A stretch of 64,000 nt of DNA from a virus, in IMG/VR virus record IMGVR_UViG_3300010403_000003, positions 10,017 through 74,016 of that record. One strand, 5' to 3'. Below the pieces are notes generated by a model. The model did not search any database, was not told where the DNA came from, and worked only from the letters and a program-made list of their open reading frames with translations. The position numbers were made by a program, and so were the translations under genes. This document shows positions 47,001 through 56,394 of this stretch, one piece after another (the first letter of the stretch is position 1; every line of letters starts with the position of its first letter).

Positions 47001-47211
47001 TGAAAACGACTTCGACGACGCCCGACGGATCGACCACGGAAATGCCCGACGTCTTGTTGAGTTCCGGCGTCTTGGTGACTGCGTTGGCGAAGGACTGAAA
47101 TGCGAACGTCAGCCCGGCAATGCCGCCCGCTAGTGGATCGTCGATGATGATGCGAAACGTCTTCGCCTCGTCGAAGGCTTTCGTCAGCGGATTGTAGCCG
47201 GGCGTGCTCAT
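44002..47211 (-). CDS. Tail fibre/spike with an N-terminal baseplate-anchoring-like domain and a probable parallel beta-helix
   Basis: 1069 aa; PTTLAGYGITD; F..C.F rung pattern; repeated WTLTLP..DG...QFL.T.G.GVT.W. Confidence 0.8.
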   Translation of the reverse strand: MSTPGYNPLTKAFDEAKTFRIIIDDPLAGGIAGLTFAFQSFANAVTKTPELNKTSGISVVDPSGVVEVVFTTTETADFALGVHRYRLVVVGSNVPISYGPFVIVNVAPGGAGGIVDPASSLVPWRRITDTPTTLAGYGITDGSTGTGSVTSVSITPANGISGTVLFPTTAPEISLSLDAITPTSVNGVVFSGSASPTLTVTGISSIQGVNTGDQTNISGNAATVSVIDAGADTTVWSLFANTQTGPQSPATINGCTANAATGVLTVPGLVIGTTTIVSAGTWTLTLPTTDGSPSQFLQTNGSGVTTWADAGGGGVFTSVDSLSDDPRAVTDWGPILNTAIAAGTRHFIFGPFNYPYSTTLSCLHDGIFFEGAAGYNWYPPLTGTGYTRLLWEGVGNTIAMTLNSNNDNLSYYGFVATDIAWIYTSDSYTGTMIDARRAVKASFIRCHFSYRLSTVEMITAATRCFDLGRAIAIVFESCGWQGFHTYILGFSGTGVETWANTARFQDCLFQGICDYSVVNPGNSWVFDGCIFESSTGDIGVDAHIKISAECIFETVVTLRDCTHWDADDVGMKWIEQDSGIAAYILLENCEEHTSGLTKSLDFQGKGTITIIGGLYGAVIDWGDGSNVNHRKAAISAHGATWGPANLNRDSGHTVVNFAGNYDSQGNNAGEPMAPTQALGNNSTLIATTAYVVANGAGNVVDESGDATCFPCFFTSATGIQGAKTTASNWTFNAAIGQTRIGKALVGSFALDPSMLLLGNANLDQTTVSTNYAVIQTGAGATLLNASAGQALTLNVGNNVAWTINDSRQLLSNNVSNINRVITVVISSNDHEFYGFGVNTNAMRYQVGATTSDHVWYAATSSTTSVELMRMSGTGILSVGFNATLLGVLKLYGNMSGYVQIQPAAAAGSWTLTLPTNDGNADQFLRTDGNGVTSWVTHGFFQASPSTDLAVSGETAMLTAGELLAFGDPVYIKSDGKMWKADANGSSTYPADAMAAATIAGDEAGIFLMRGWARNDAWAWTVGGLLYLSTTGTITQTAPSGTGEVIQVLGKASHADRIYFAPERTYSVHA

Positions 47212-47537
47212 GGAGCCCCTCCCGGCGCGACGCTGGTGATGATGAGCGGCCCAAATGCCACGCGCTCACGAGTGCCGGTCATCACGCGGTAATAATGGAC
47301 GCCTAAAGCGAGGTCGGCGGTCTCGTCGGCCGTGAAGGCAACCTCGATGACGGGGGCGGACGAATCGACGACCGCGATGCCGTCTTCTTTCGTGACTTCG
47401 GGCGTCTTCGTTGTCAAGTTCGCGAAAATGTCGAGCGTGAAGACGCTACTTGCAGGCGCTCGATCGAGCGTGACGCGAAACGTCTTGGCTTCGTCGTAAC
47501 CCTTCGTCAAAGCGTTATAGCCGGGACTTGCTGTCAT
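47208..47537 (-). CDS. Stand-alone paralogue of the N-terminal domain of the 1069-aa protein
   Basis: PGYN.LTK..DEAKTFR...TKTPE...ETAD.ALGVH.YR...VAPGGA in both. Confidence 0.8.
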   Translation of the reverse strand: MTASPGYNALTKGYDEAKTFRVTLDRAPASSVFTLDIFANLTTKTPEVTKEDGIAVVDSSAPVIEVAFTADETADLALGVHYYRVMTGTRERVAFGPLIITSVAPGGAP

Positions 47538-47580
47538 AAGGCCAAAATAACGCTATCCCGGTTGATCATTCCATTTCGAT

Positions 47581-48504
47581 TCAAGGCGTCACCGCGTCAA
47601 ATGCGCCGCTGACGCCAACGCCGGTTGGATAATCAACGCCGCCACACGAAACCGTGCTTGGCGATCCTACGGCTGACGTGCTAACCGCATTCAAGCTGGC
47701 ATGAAATGGCGATATTGATACTGCCAAGTCTGCGGAAACCTCGCCGGGAGTCGCAAAATAAGTCCACTGGGCGTCTTTAAGTATATTTCCAGTGGCCACG
47801 ACCCTTTGCTGGACGCCAAAATCAAACCTCCAAACGCAAACAGCCACTTCACATCGTATCGTGGCGAACCTTGCAACCACTGTGCCGTCCCCGAGGTCGC
47901 AGATCGTTTCAAATTTGAAATATTTGTCGGTAACTTTGTCAAGGTTCATGGTCGCCGGGGGCAATGAGCCAATTGAATAAGTCAAGGTCGCGGTCGTCGG
48001 CATCGAACTCCAGTCTGGGCACACGGATACAACGTCGCAATCGCCAATCGCGAAGTAGAAATCTCCCGATCCGCAGCCGGTGAACGAGAACCCAGGCGCA
48101 GTTGTTGTGACGCAAAGCGGGTCCGTGCTGACGACGACAACGGACGTCATGCCGCTGATGGTGTTGACCACATCCTGTGTGCCATTATTCGTATAGGTGA
48201 ATTCCGCCGCCCACGAGCCGCCGTCGCACCACAAAACGAAGTCGCGGAATTCTATGTCCCCGCAAATTGCGACGTCATCGCCCACATACGCCCAACCTGG
48301 CGATACGCCGCCCTTGGCCGTCGGGCTATAGGTGAGCGTGAGCGTCAATTGGACGCAGAGGAATGTCAGCGTAAACGGCAATTCACGAGGGACCGCTGTC
48401 GGGTTGCACGGCGTTGAAACGGTATCGCAGCAATTGCAATTCGTGGCGAACTTGCCGTCCTTCATAATCCAATCGCTGCCAGAGCGTGCGAGCGTCAGCG
48501 TCAT
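47581..48504 (-). CDS. Cys-rich tail protein, paralogous to 55271-55822
   Basis: GKF..NC.CC start, P.TAT.T.., CDLGDG, S.SPFH, ends VTP. Confidence 0.7.
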   Translation of the reverse strand: MTLTLARSGSDWIMKDGKFATNCNCCDTVSTPCNPTAVPRELPFTLTFLCVQLTLTLTYSPTAKGGVSPGWAYVGDDVAICGDIEFRDFVLWCDGGSWAAEFTYTNNGTQDVVNTISGMTSVVVVSTDPLCVTTTAPGFSFTGCGSGDFYFAIGDCDVVSVCPDWSSMPTTATLTYSIGSLPPATMNLDKVTDKYFKFETICDLGDGTVVARFATIRCEVAVCVWRFDFGVQQRVVATGNILKDAQWTYFATPGEVSADLAVSISPFHASLNAVSTSAVGSPSTVSCGGVDYPTGVGVSGAFDAVTP

Positions 48505-51500
48505 TAGCAGGCAATCGTTCCGCCGAGTTTGATCGTATCATCGGCTGCCAAGTAAATTGGCTGGTCGGTACTCGACACGCGGGTTCCGTGCGCGACCAGC
48601 AGCGTCGCTAAAAGCGCCAATAGGGACTGAAAACTCGGCAACGCGCTTGAGCCATTGCTCGTAAAGACCCGGTTGTTCGTGCTCATGCCGGTTGAGGCCG
48701 ATTGATAGGCCCCCGTCGTCGTCGTGCCGCCGCAAATTGGTGCGTAGATTGTGGCCGACGTTAGCCCTGTGCCGCCGAAAGGAACGGTGACGGCCGCGGT
48801 GATGTCGGCTGAACCATTGAAGGAGTTGCCGTAAATGCTCCTGGCCGTTTGTAGCGTCGTCGCCGTCGAGGCGTTGCCGACGAGGTTCCCGATAAACGTG
48901 ACTGCCGAAAGAGAATACGCGCTTTGCAAAGTGAGCGTGCCAGCGCCGGCCGTGATTGAGACTGTCTGGCTATTCGCGGCATCCCACCACTTAATCACGC
49001 CGTTTGTCGTTGTGCCTGCCTGGATTGCTCCCGTCGTCGTCACGGATGTCGGCGTAATGTTGCCGAGGCCCAAGGTTATGGTGCCTGCGGTCGTAATTGG
49101 CGAACCCGACACGATTGTGATGCCGTTGTTTCCGGCGATCGCTACGCTCGTCACCGTTCCGGCCGTCTTCCACGTCCCGTCGCCGAACCATGCCGTGCTT
49201 GCCGACGCCCCCGTGCCGCTGTTGAGGTAGCTCACCGGCAGGTTGCCGACTAGGTTCGTGGTGACGTACCCCGAAGCGGCAGTCAATACTCCGCCCGTAA
49301 CTGTGCCTAGGTTAGTGTTCTGCAAGACGAACGTCGGCGTGTTGCCGGCCGTCAGCGTCGCGAACGTGCGGTAGACGCTGTCATTAGTGTCGTAAGCTTC
49401 GAATGCAGTAGTGTCACCGGCGATAACTCCCGGCCTGACGCTGGCTGTGGTGACCGAACCGGTGATGACACCCCCGTTGAACACGCCTGCGCCAGTGTTT
49501 GATATAGATGCCAGCGTATTGGTGTCAGTGACGTCCCTGACGAGGAGCGCGAGTGCTCCGCTCCCGCCGGTCGTGTTCGCGAGGATCGCCGCTCTGGTGC
49601 TCAGCACGCCCGTGGAACTGATCGTAGTCGGGGCGTCCTTGATCAGCTTGCCCGTCGTGCCGTCGAATATCGCGACGCGGGTGTCCGTGGTGCTGCTGAT
49701 CGAGCTAAAGACGTCGCCGCCACCAGGCGTCGTAGCCCAGACGCCGTCCCCGCGCCAGAACGTAGACGATGAGGCAGATGTGCCATTGTTGAGGTTCGCG
49801 ACGGGTAAATTCCCCGAGATGGTCGAGGCCCCGAGATTGATCGTGAAGCCGGCCCCCGTCGCGCCGCCCGTAAGTGTGCTAACACTGGTGAGCGAGGACG
49901 CCGTCACTGCGGAATTGAGCGTTGTCCCTGTCAGCGTGCCGGCAGGGGCAATGACGGCGTTGGTCGAGATCGCCGTCACAAGGCCCTTGGCATTCGCGGT
50001 GATCGTCGGAATTGCGGTGGACGAACCAAAACTGCCGACGTTGGAATTGACCGTGGCCAACGTCGTCACGATGGACGACGTCCCCGAACCCGAAACATCG
50101 CCCGACAGGGTAATTGTCGCGTTGACGACCGCTTGGAATGTCGGCAGCGTTGCTGCGCCGTTCGAGGTCAATACTTGGCCGGCCGTCCCAACCGACGCCA
50201 CCGATTGCAGCGGGCCGGTAGAAGTCGTACCACCACAGATGACCGCGTAAGGTGTGAAAGCCGAGGCCCCGGACCCGCCGTGGCCCACGTCGATTGTCGT
50301 TGCAAGCCAAGTGCCTGTCGAAACTGATCCGAGGGTCACGAGCGACGTGTTGCCGGCCTTGACGCTGTAGATCGCGGAGAGGTCCGGGATGTCCGCGACC
50401 ACGAGAGCGTTCCACGCTGGTGCAGCCGAGACCGAGCCATTTCCCGTCTGCGACAGGAACTTGTTCGTGGTCGTCGTATTGCCGGCCAGCTTCGAAAGCG
50501 TATTCGCCGCCGATGAATAGAGAATATCACCTAGCGTGTAATTTGATTGGTTCGTGCCGCCGTATAGCTCGGCGATTTTCGTGCCTTGCCATATGCCTGT
50601 CGCAATGGTGCCTACCGAGGTCAGCGAGGACGTGACGACATTCCCGGCCAAAGTCGTGCCGGTCAGCGTGCCGGCCGGCGCGATAACGGCTGCGGTCGTA
50701 ATGTTGGTGACGCGACCCTTGACGTCTTTGGTGATGACCGGGATAGCCGTCGAACCGCCCGTCGTGTCGGCGGTCGTCACCGTCGCGAGCGTCAGGGCCA
50801 GATTGCTCGTCGAACCTGGGGCCGTCGCGTCGCCGCTTGCCGTGAATGTCTGATCTCCGCTGTTGACATTGCTGATCGTCGCGTTCCCGGCCATCGTCAG
50901 CGTGCGGTTGCTATCGCCCATAATGATGGACAGCGTCCGGTCTACCGTCAACGCTTCCGAGGTCGCAAAAATCAAATCGTTGGAAGTCGTGGAGCGGATC
51001 GATAGACCGGTCAATTCGATCGCCGTACCGCCCGTGATGTTGGGCGCTGTGATTGTCGGCGTCGTAATCGTCGGCGAGGCGTTGAAGACGACGAGGCCGG
51101 AACCGGTGTTGTCGGAAATGACCGAGTTGAATTCCAGCGACGTCGTCGGCGCGAAGAAAGAGAGCTTGTCGGTCGCGTAGGCGACTGTGCCACCGCCGCT
51201 GAACTGGATCGTCGCTCCATCGGTGGCGTTGATGGTGATCGTATTGTTGACGTCGAGAGTTTTGCCGCTGAGGATATCGAGCGTGCCCGTCGTCGGCGTG
51301 ATCGTGAGGCCGTTGACCGTCACGGGTGTCACGCCGCCGATGTTGCCGATCGTCAAGGCTATGGTGCCCGCCGATGTGATTGGCGAACCCGAGACGACCG
51401 TCAAGCCATTCGCGCCAGAGATCGCTACCGATGTCACGGTCCCGCCAGCCGCCCCGCTGACCGCCGCCCATGTCCCGTCCCCGCGCCAAAACGTCGAGGA

Positions 51501-52865
51501 CGACGCGGACGTCCCGTTATTGAGATTGGCGACCGGCAAATTGCCGCTGATCGTCGATGCGCCGAGGTTGATGGTAAAACCGGTGCCCGTGGCCCCTGCC
51601 GTCAGCGTCCCCGTCGTGACGATCGACGTCTGGCCCGCGTAGGTCGCCGCAATGTTGATGGTCGGATTGCCACCGACGCCGTTTCCATCAGCGACGCTGA
51701 CCCTGTCAGTCGTGCCTGTGATCGTGCGGCCCGTGAACGTGTCGGCCGCCGTCTGCGTCAAAAGGCCGTTGGTGTTGTACGCGGCAAGCGCGACGAGCGT
51801 GGCGTCAAGACTGGCCGTAATCGTGCCGCTCGAAATAACCGGGCCGCCGCTGAACGATATGCCGGCCGTACCATTGGTGACATCGACGCTCGTGACTGTG
51901 CCGCCGCCCGAAAACGTTTGAAACGTGGGCAATGCCCCCGCCCCGTTGCTCGTCAGAACTTGGCCGGCCGTTCCCACGGAAACGATTGATTGCAATGCCG
52001 CCGTGGAGGTCGTGCCGCCGCAGATAACGGCATACGCGGTCGCTGACGAGCGCCCGGTGCCACCGTCGCTAACGATGACGTCAGTGCCGGTCGTGTAATA
52101 AACGGCGTTCGTGTTGACCGTCGGCGCGTTACTAAATTCGCCATCCGTCGCCCAAATCTTTGTGACGCGAGACCCCGTCGCGGCGATGCTGCCCGTGAGC
52201 GTGAGATTATTCGAGCCGAGGGCAAGATCGCCGCCGCCAACCGTCAGTAGGTTCGCGCTGTGCGTGAGCGTCACGTCGCCAGCGTTGAAACTGATGACGC
52301 CGCCAGATGTCAGCAAAATTGAGGTCGTGAATGTGGGAGATGTCGAACGCACCAGCCCGCCGGTCCCGGTCGAGGTCGCCCCACCGAGCGTATTGACCGC
52401 GTCCGCGACCGTAGCATCATCCAGATAGGTGCGCGCGGCGGTCGTGACCACGGTTGGATCGAAATTGATCGCGGTCCCGGAGCCGCTGACGATGTTGTCG
52501 CCATAATCCCCATCTGCGAGCGTCGCGCCGCCCGTAGTCGCCGAGGCGAACGTGACCTTCTTAGGGTTGCTGGTGTTGTCCAGCGTGATCGTCATGTTCG
52601 CGCCGGCGACGTATTCCAGCGCGGTCGTTATTGAATCGACGGTGACGGTCGTTTGCCCAGTCACCGCGATCGAAGTGAAGACATTCTGTTCGCAAAAGTA
52701 AGGAAGCGAATTGTAGGCCGTCGAGCCGTCGCCAACCTTAAGCCGGTGCGTATCGAGTTCGAGAACGAGTTCCTGCACCAACGGCGTCGCATTTTCCGAC
52801 GCGAGCGCCGCAGCCGTACCTCCCCACGGCCTGATGAACGCATTCTCGCCCGACCGCACCGCCAT
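48504..52865 (-). CDS. Long mosaic tail fibre (1453 aa) with an Mtd_N/hyaluronidase-N-like N-terminus and T/S/G-rich repeats
   Basis: ELDTHRLKVGDGSTAYNSLPY; repeated YAVICGGTT...GQVLTSNG..LPTFQ and GNLPVANLNNGTSASSSTFWRGDG. Confidence 0.85.
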   Translation of the reverse strand: MAVRSGENAFIRPWGGTAAALASENATPLVQELVLELDTHRLKVGDGSTAYNSLPYFCEQNVFTSIAVTGQTTVTVDSITTALEYVAGANMTITLDNTSNPKKVTFASATTGGATLADGDYGDNIVSGSGTAINFDPTVVTTAARTYLDDATVADAVNTLGGATSTGTGGLVRSTSPTFTTSILLTSGGVISFNAGDVTLTHSANLLTVGGGDLALGSNNLTLTGSIAATGSRVTKIWATDGEFSNAPTVNTNAVYYTTGTDVIVSDGGTGRSSATAYAVICGGTTSTAALQSIVSVGTAGQVLTSNGAGALPTFQTFSGGGTVTSVDVTNGTAGISFSGGPVISSGTITASLDATLVALAAYNTNGLLTQTAADTFTGRTITGTTDRVSVADGNGVGGNPTINIAATYAGQTSIVTTGTLTAGATGTGFTINLGASTISGNLPVANLNNGTSASSSTFWRGDGTWAAVSGAAGGTVTSVAISGANGLTVVSGSPITSAGTIALTIGNIGGVTPVTVNGLTITPTTGTLDILSGKTLDVNNTITINATDGATIQFSGGGTVAYATDKLSFFAPTTSLEFNSVISDNTGSGLVVFNASPTITTPTITAPNITGGTAIELTGLSIRSTTSNDLIFATSEALTVDRTLSIIMGDSNRTLTMAGNATISNVNSGDQTFTASGDATAPGSTSNLALTLATVTTADTTGGSTAIPVITKDVKGRVTNITTAAVIAPAGTLTGTTLAGNVVTSSLTSVGTIATGIWQGTKIAELYGGTNQSNYTLGDILYSSAANTLSKLAGNTTTTNKFLSQTGNGSVSAAPAWNALVVADIPDLSAIYSVKAGNTSLVTLGSVSTGTWLATTIDVGHGGSGASAFTPYAVICGGTTSTGPLQSVASVGTAGQVLTSNGAATLPTFQAVVNATITLSGDVSGSGTSSIVTTLATVNSNVGSFGSSTAIPTITANAKGLVTAISTNAVIAPAGTLTGTTLNSAVTASSLTSVSTLTGGATGAGFTINLGASTISGNLPVANLNNGTSASSSTFWRGDGVWATTPGGGDVFSSISSTTDTRVAIFDGTTGKLIKDAPTTISSTGVLSTRAAILANTTGGSGALALLVRDVTDTNTLASISNTGAGVFNGGVITGSVTTASVRPGVIAGDTTAFEAYDTNDSVYRTFATLTAGNTPTFVLQNTNLGTVTGGVLTAASGYVTTNLVGNLPVSYLNSGTGASASTAWFGDGTWKTAGTVTSVAIAGNNGITIVSGSPITTAGTITLGLGNITPTSVTTTGAIQAGTTTNGVIKWWDAANSQTVSITAGAGTLTLQSAYSLSAVTFIGNLVGNASTATTLQTARSIYGNSFNGSADITAAVTVPFGGTGLTSATIYAPICGGTTTTGAYQSASTGMSTNNRVFTSNGSSALPSFQSLLALLATLLVAHGTRVSSTDQPIYLAADDTIKLGGTIAC

Positions 52866-52868
52866 CAG

Positions 52869-53234
52869 TTAGCTCGCATTTACGGTTTCGGTGACATTAT
52901 CGGTCGCGTGCTTGGCCGGTTCCTTGGCGACGTCGGACTTTTCGCCGCACTCATTAAGCAGCGTCGTACAAGTGCCGATGATCCATGGCGTCCATTGCGA
53001 CTTGAGCAAGCGCGACTTGATGAGCTTCATTTCGGTCTTGTCGATATCGCCGCCGGACTTGATCCGCATTTGCAATTCCCAGCGATCTAACTTCTCGTCG
53101 TCTTTGAGTTCTTTGTCTTGGTCGAGAGCGGAGAAAATGATCGAGCGGAGCGTGATGGCTTTGCCCGTCGCCTGGTCCCTGAACTCTTCACCGTCGAAAG
53201 ACAAAAGCTTCGCGTCCAAATTACTGATCTTCAT
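52869..53234 (-). CDS. Hypothetical protein (possible fibre assembly factor)
   Basis: GAGG RBS; MKISNLDAK. Confidence 0.65.
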   Translation of the reverse strand: MKISNLDAKLLSFDGEEFRDQATGKAITLRSIIFSALDQDKELKDDEKLDRWELQMRIKSGGDIDKTEMKLIKSRLLKSQWTPWIIGTCTTLLNECGEKSDVAKEPAKHATDNVTETVNAS

Positions 53235-53325
53235 ATGCGTAACCCTCGAAACCAAACTTCTCCGCCAAGCAAGATAGGCCACAAAGCCTGTTGCCAAGAG
53301 GCGGATGGTAAATTCCTGTAATCGC

Positions 53326-54357
53326 TCATTCGTCGCATTGGATGTGCCCGACAATGACGGTCGTCGGCTCATAAAAACCCTCCACGGCAATGAAGCAGCC
53401 GTCGGAAATCCGGGCGATGATCTCCGGAACGCCAGCGCCGGCCCTCGCATCGCCCGGACGCATTGCAATCGTGGCAACCGCCACCATCGCCGCTTGCCCG
53501 GCCCCCAGATTCGCTCCATAGCCTGCGGCAACGATCGTCGCGCTCGCGGAAGGACTGCCGCCGCTTCCTAAGCCGCCCGCGACCGGAGCGGCGTCTCCCG
53601 GCCTCGCGGCGATGAGGCCCGCGGCGACAATGGCCGGCTGGCCTGCGAATGTACCGGCATCGCCGGGGCGAGCGAGCACCGCCGCCGTGACGGATGCCGC
53701 CCCACGTCCGGCGTCAGCGCCGGCGTCCCCCGGTCGTGCCGTCAGCGTGACGCCGATCGACAAACCGGCCGGGTGAGAATCGAACGACGAATCACCCGGC
53801 CGCCCAGAGACGACCGCCGCTCCTGAGATCGCTGGGCCTCCGTTGCCCGTGGCCGCATCGCCGGGGGCCTGCATGACGGTGACGGCCGTGATCGCCGTGC
53901 CGCGCCCGGCGTCCGGGGCAGAGTCGCCCGCCTGTGCCGTTATGACCGCCGTGCCCGTGAGCGTTGCCGCGCCACGCGCCGGGGCAGCGTCGCCCGGTTT
54001 CGCCAGAATGATCGCGCTGAGCAGAGTTGAGCCGCGCCCAGAATCGGAAGCGGCATCGCCGGGGCGTGTCGTCGTCAGAGCATTCGCTTGGGGGGCCGGC
54101 TGAGCGCCCTGCGGAGAGATGCCGAAGCCCGCGGCGGCGACTGATGCGCCGGCCGTGACGCTGGCGACTTGGAAAGCGCCGACGCCGATATCGCCGGGGC
54201 GGCATTCAACTGTATTGCCTTGGCCGACGCTGCCGCGCCCACTATCGGGGCCGACGTCTGCGCCATCGCAGGTCACGACAGCCGGAACGCCCGCGAGGGC
54301 CTCCCACGCGCCAAGTGCCGAGTCTCCAGGTTGCGGCAGTACGGTTGCGTCCGCCAT
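53326..54357 (-). CDS. Ala/Gly-rich repeat protein (about 21-aa ARPGDA...GRG units)
   Basis: About ten PGD-containing units visible. Confidence 0.75.
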   Translation of the reverse strand: MADATVLPQPGDSALGAWEALAGVPAVVTCDGADVGPDSGRGSVGQGNTVECRPGDIGVGAFQVASVTAGASVAAAGFGISPQGAQPAPQANALTTTRPGDAASDSGRGSTLLSAIILAKPGDAAPARGAATLTGTAVITAQAGDSAPDAGRGTAITAVTVMQAPGDAATGNGGPAISGAAVVSGRPGDSSFDSHPAGLSIGVTLTARPGDAGADAGRGAASVTAAVLARPGDAGTFAGQPAIVAAGLIAARPGDAAPVAGGLGSGGSPSASATIVAAGYGANLGAGQAAMVAVATIAMRPGDARAGAGVPEIIARISDGCFIAVEGFYEPTTVIVGHIQCDE

Positions 54358-54369
54358 GGGCCGCCCCCG

Positions 54370-54987
54370 TTAACAGTAGAAAATTCCCGAGGAATGGAAT
54401 TGGATCGTGAACGTGCCCGAAGTCGATGAGATGTTGCCGCCGAAGTCAAAATAGCCAATGAGCGGACTGGTGGAGGGAGTGCCCGTGGATTTGTAGAGAA
54501 CGCCGTAGCGTGCGGTGAGCGTGCTCGCGGCCCATGCGGCATCGGCGGCGTCGAACGAAACGATATTTGTGCCGAATTCGGCCCACGTCACCGTGTTGTC
54601 TGTTACGGCGGCGCGATGAACAGTCGGCCAAGATGGCGCGGAGGAATTCGACGTGCCGGCGACGGTGCAAATGTAGAGATGGCCGTTTGTCACGAGCGGA
54701 TGAACGATGTCGCCAACCGCGTAAGCCGTTGATGCGGCCCAGGCGGTCGCCCATGAATCCGCGGCCGTCAGCGTGAGCGTCTTGCTGCCGAGCGTTGCGC
54801 CGCCAGCCGTGTAGCCGGAACCTGCGGACAATTCATTCGTTACATCGTCAAAGAAATCATGCGTGTCACCGGCGGGAGTATAAGAGGATGTGCAGAGTGC
54901 GATCTTGAGCGTGTCAGTATCCAAATCTATGGAACCGTCCCACATTTTCTTGCGGCCGTTCCCGTAAAACGTGAAGGTAGCTGCCAT
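54370..54987 (-). CDS. Tail protein with an inserted CBM5/12-like module
   Basis: IDLDTDTLKIAL...GYTAGG; WAASTAYAVGDIV...HLYICTVAGTS. Confidence 0.75.
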   Translation of the reverse strand: MAATFTFYGNGRKKMWDGSIDLDTDTLKIALCTSSYTPAGDTHDFFDDVTNELSAGSGYTAGGATLGSKTLTLTAADSWATAWAASTAYAVGDIVHPLVTNGHLYICTVAGTSNSSAPSWPTVHRAAVTDNTVTWAEFGTNIVSFDAADAAWAASTLTARYGVLYKSTGTPSTSPLIGYFDFGGNISSTSGTFTIQFHSSGIFYC

Positions 54988-55055
54988 CGACGGACCCCTT
55001 TGATTTGCTTTCTGCTCTTAGGTCCATCATTGCCTTTTTGTGGTGTATCCTTCAA

Positions 55056-55274
55056 TCAGCCGCAGCAATTCCCGCCTTTCGGCAACGCTGCGATCTGCTC
55101 CGGCGTCAACGGCACGGTATTCTCGTCCTTGATCTTCCAAAGCCTCTGGTAATACGGGTCGTTGAGAGCATTCCAGCAGAAAACGCACTGCTTCTGATCG
55201 GCCGGAACCGTCTCGTTGAACTTGTCGAGCGGGACGCCTTTCAAGGCTCGCCCGCAATAGCACGGCCTTTTCAT
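55056..55274 (-). CDS. Small Cys-rich protein
   Basis: PCYCG...CVFCW...NCCG; ATGA overlap. Confidence 0.65.
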   Translation of the reverse strand: MKRPCYCGRALKGVPLDKFNETVPADQKQCVFCWNALNDPYYQRLWKIKDENTVPLTPEQIAALPKGGNCCG

Positions 55275-55822
55275 GGCGTCACGATGTCGATGACCGCGTT
55301 AATCGTGCCCGGCGTCGCGTCGAAAGGATACGTCCGCCCCCCGCAAGCAAGCGTCGGCCCGTCGCCATCGACGCCGATCGTATGCCCGCCCGCGAAGTGC
55401 ATGTGAAACGGCGAACACGAAAGCGAGAACGCGGCCGGATTCGTCAGGGCTGGATAGGAATGGCTCCATTGCGTGAAGTTGCCGAGGACGCCGTCCGTGA
55501 CGACGCTATAAGAAACGAGAAAGCTCCAGTTGTTGCTAAAGCAGACAATGGACATGTCGATCATAATTTGCCGATGGCCGTCGCCGAGATCGCACAAGAG
55601 AGTCACGTCATTGAAGTAACCGGAACCGACCTTCGACATCGACCCCGTGATAGGCGTCAAGGCGTTGACGGTGAGCGTATACGTCGCCGTCGCTGGCAAC
55701 GTCCCGGTATCGCAGCACGACGGCACGACGGGCGGTTTCGAGCACAAGCATGCGCAAATGCCGCTCAGTATCTTTCCAGCGGCATTGACGAGGAATTTCC
55801 CGCCGAGCGTCTTGAGGGTCAC
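55271..55822 (-). CDS. Cys-rich tail protein
   Basis: CACLC...CCD; paralogue of 47581-48504. Confidence 0.7.
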   Translation of the reverse strand: MTLKTLGGKFLVNAAGKILSGICACLCSKPPVVPSCCDTGTLPATATYTLTVNALTPITGSMSKVGSGYFNDVTLLCDLGDGHRQIMIDMSIVCFSNNWSFLVSYSVVTDGVLGNFTQWSHSYPALTNPAAFSLSCSPFHMHFAGGHTIGVDGDGPTLACGGRTYPFDATPGTINAVIDIVTP

Positions 55823-56394
55823 GCCGTCGTCCCCCCGAAGATATCAACGGGTTCGGTGCATTCCTCCACTTCGACAACGCGCAAGCAATGGTCGCCGTCG
55901 TGCTGGACAACGATCTTGTAAGCCGCCGTCGCCGCGGGCAACGCCTCGTCAAGACACGGGTCGAATTCGCTTCCAGGCCCGCCCACGTTGAAATACCAGC
56001 GCCCGATGCCGCCTGGACCGCTATCGAACGTGACCTCGTAAATGTCGCCCACGTTCGCCGTCGTCTCACCGTTGCGCTCCACGAGCGGGTTGCTATCCAC
56101 GGTGCCGGAAAGGATGCCGGTCGCGATCCACGAGCCTGTGCCGATCGTGGCCGTATCTTCGAGCTGGCGGACTTCCTCCCAGGCGTACCGGCCGTCCGGC
56201 GGGTCGGGCATCGATAGAATCCGCGCGTTCGTCTTGAGCGGTTGCGGGTTGTCGATGATGACTTGATTCATCTCGTCCGAGATGCCGGGGCCGGCGAAGT
56301 CGGAGGTTTTGTCGATGCGCTGCAAGGCGCGGTTGATCTCCGAGGCCGAGAGTTGGCCGCCGGGGCGAATCGGGCGTATGGGGCGCTCGTTCAT
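55819..56394 (-). CDS. Tail-tip protein
   Basis: RPG..LSA.EIN; YAWEEV; follows the post-TMP gene. Confidence 0.65.
   Translation of the reverse strand: MNERPIRPIRPGGQLSASEINRALQRIDKTSDFAGPGISDEMNQVIIDNPQPLKTNARILSMPDPPDGRYAWEEVRQLEDTATIGTGSWIATGILSGTVDSNPLVERNGETTANVGDIYEVTFDSGPGGIGRWYFNVGGPGSEFDPCLDEALPAATAAYKIVVQHDGDHCLRVVEVEECTEPVDIFGGTTA

Noticed and set aside
43311-52865. Repeats in tail genes as DGR template/variable repeats
   Set aside because: No reverse transcriptase in the window; differences are synonymous third-position changes, not adenine-specific
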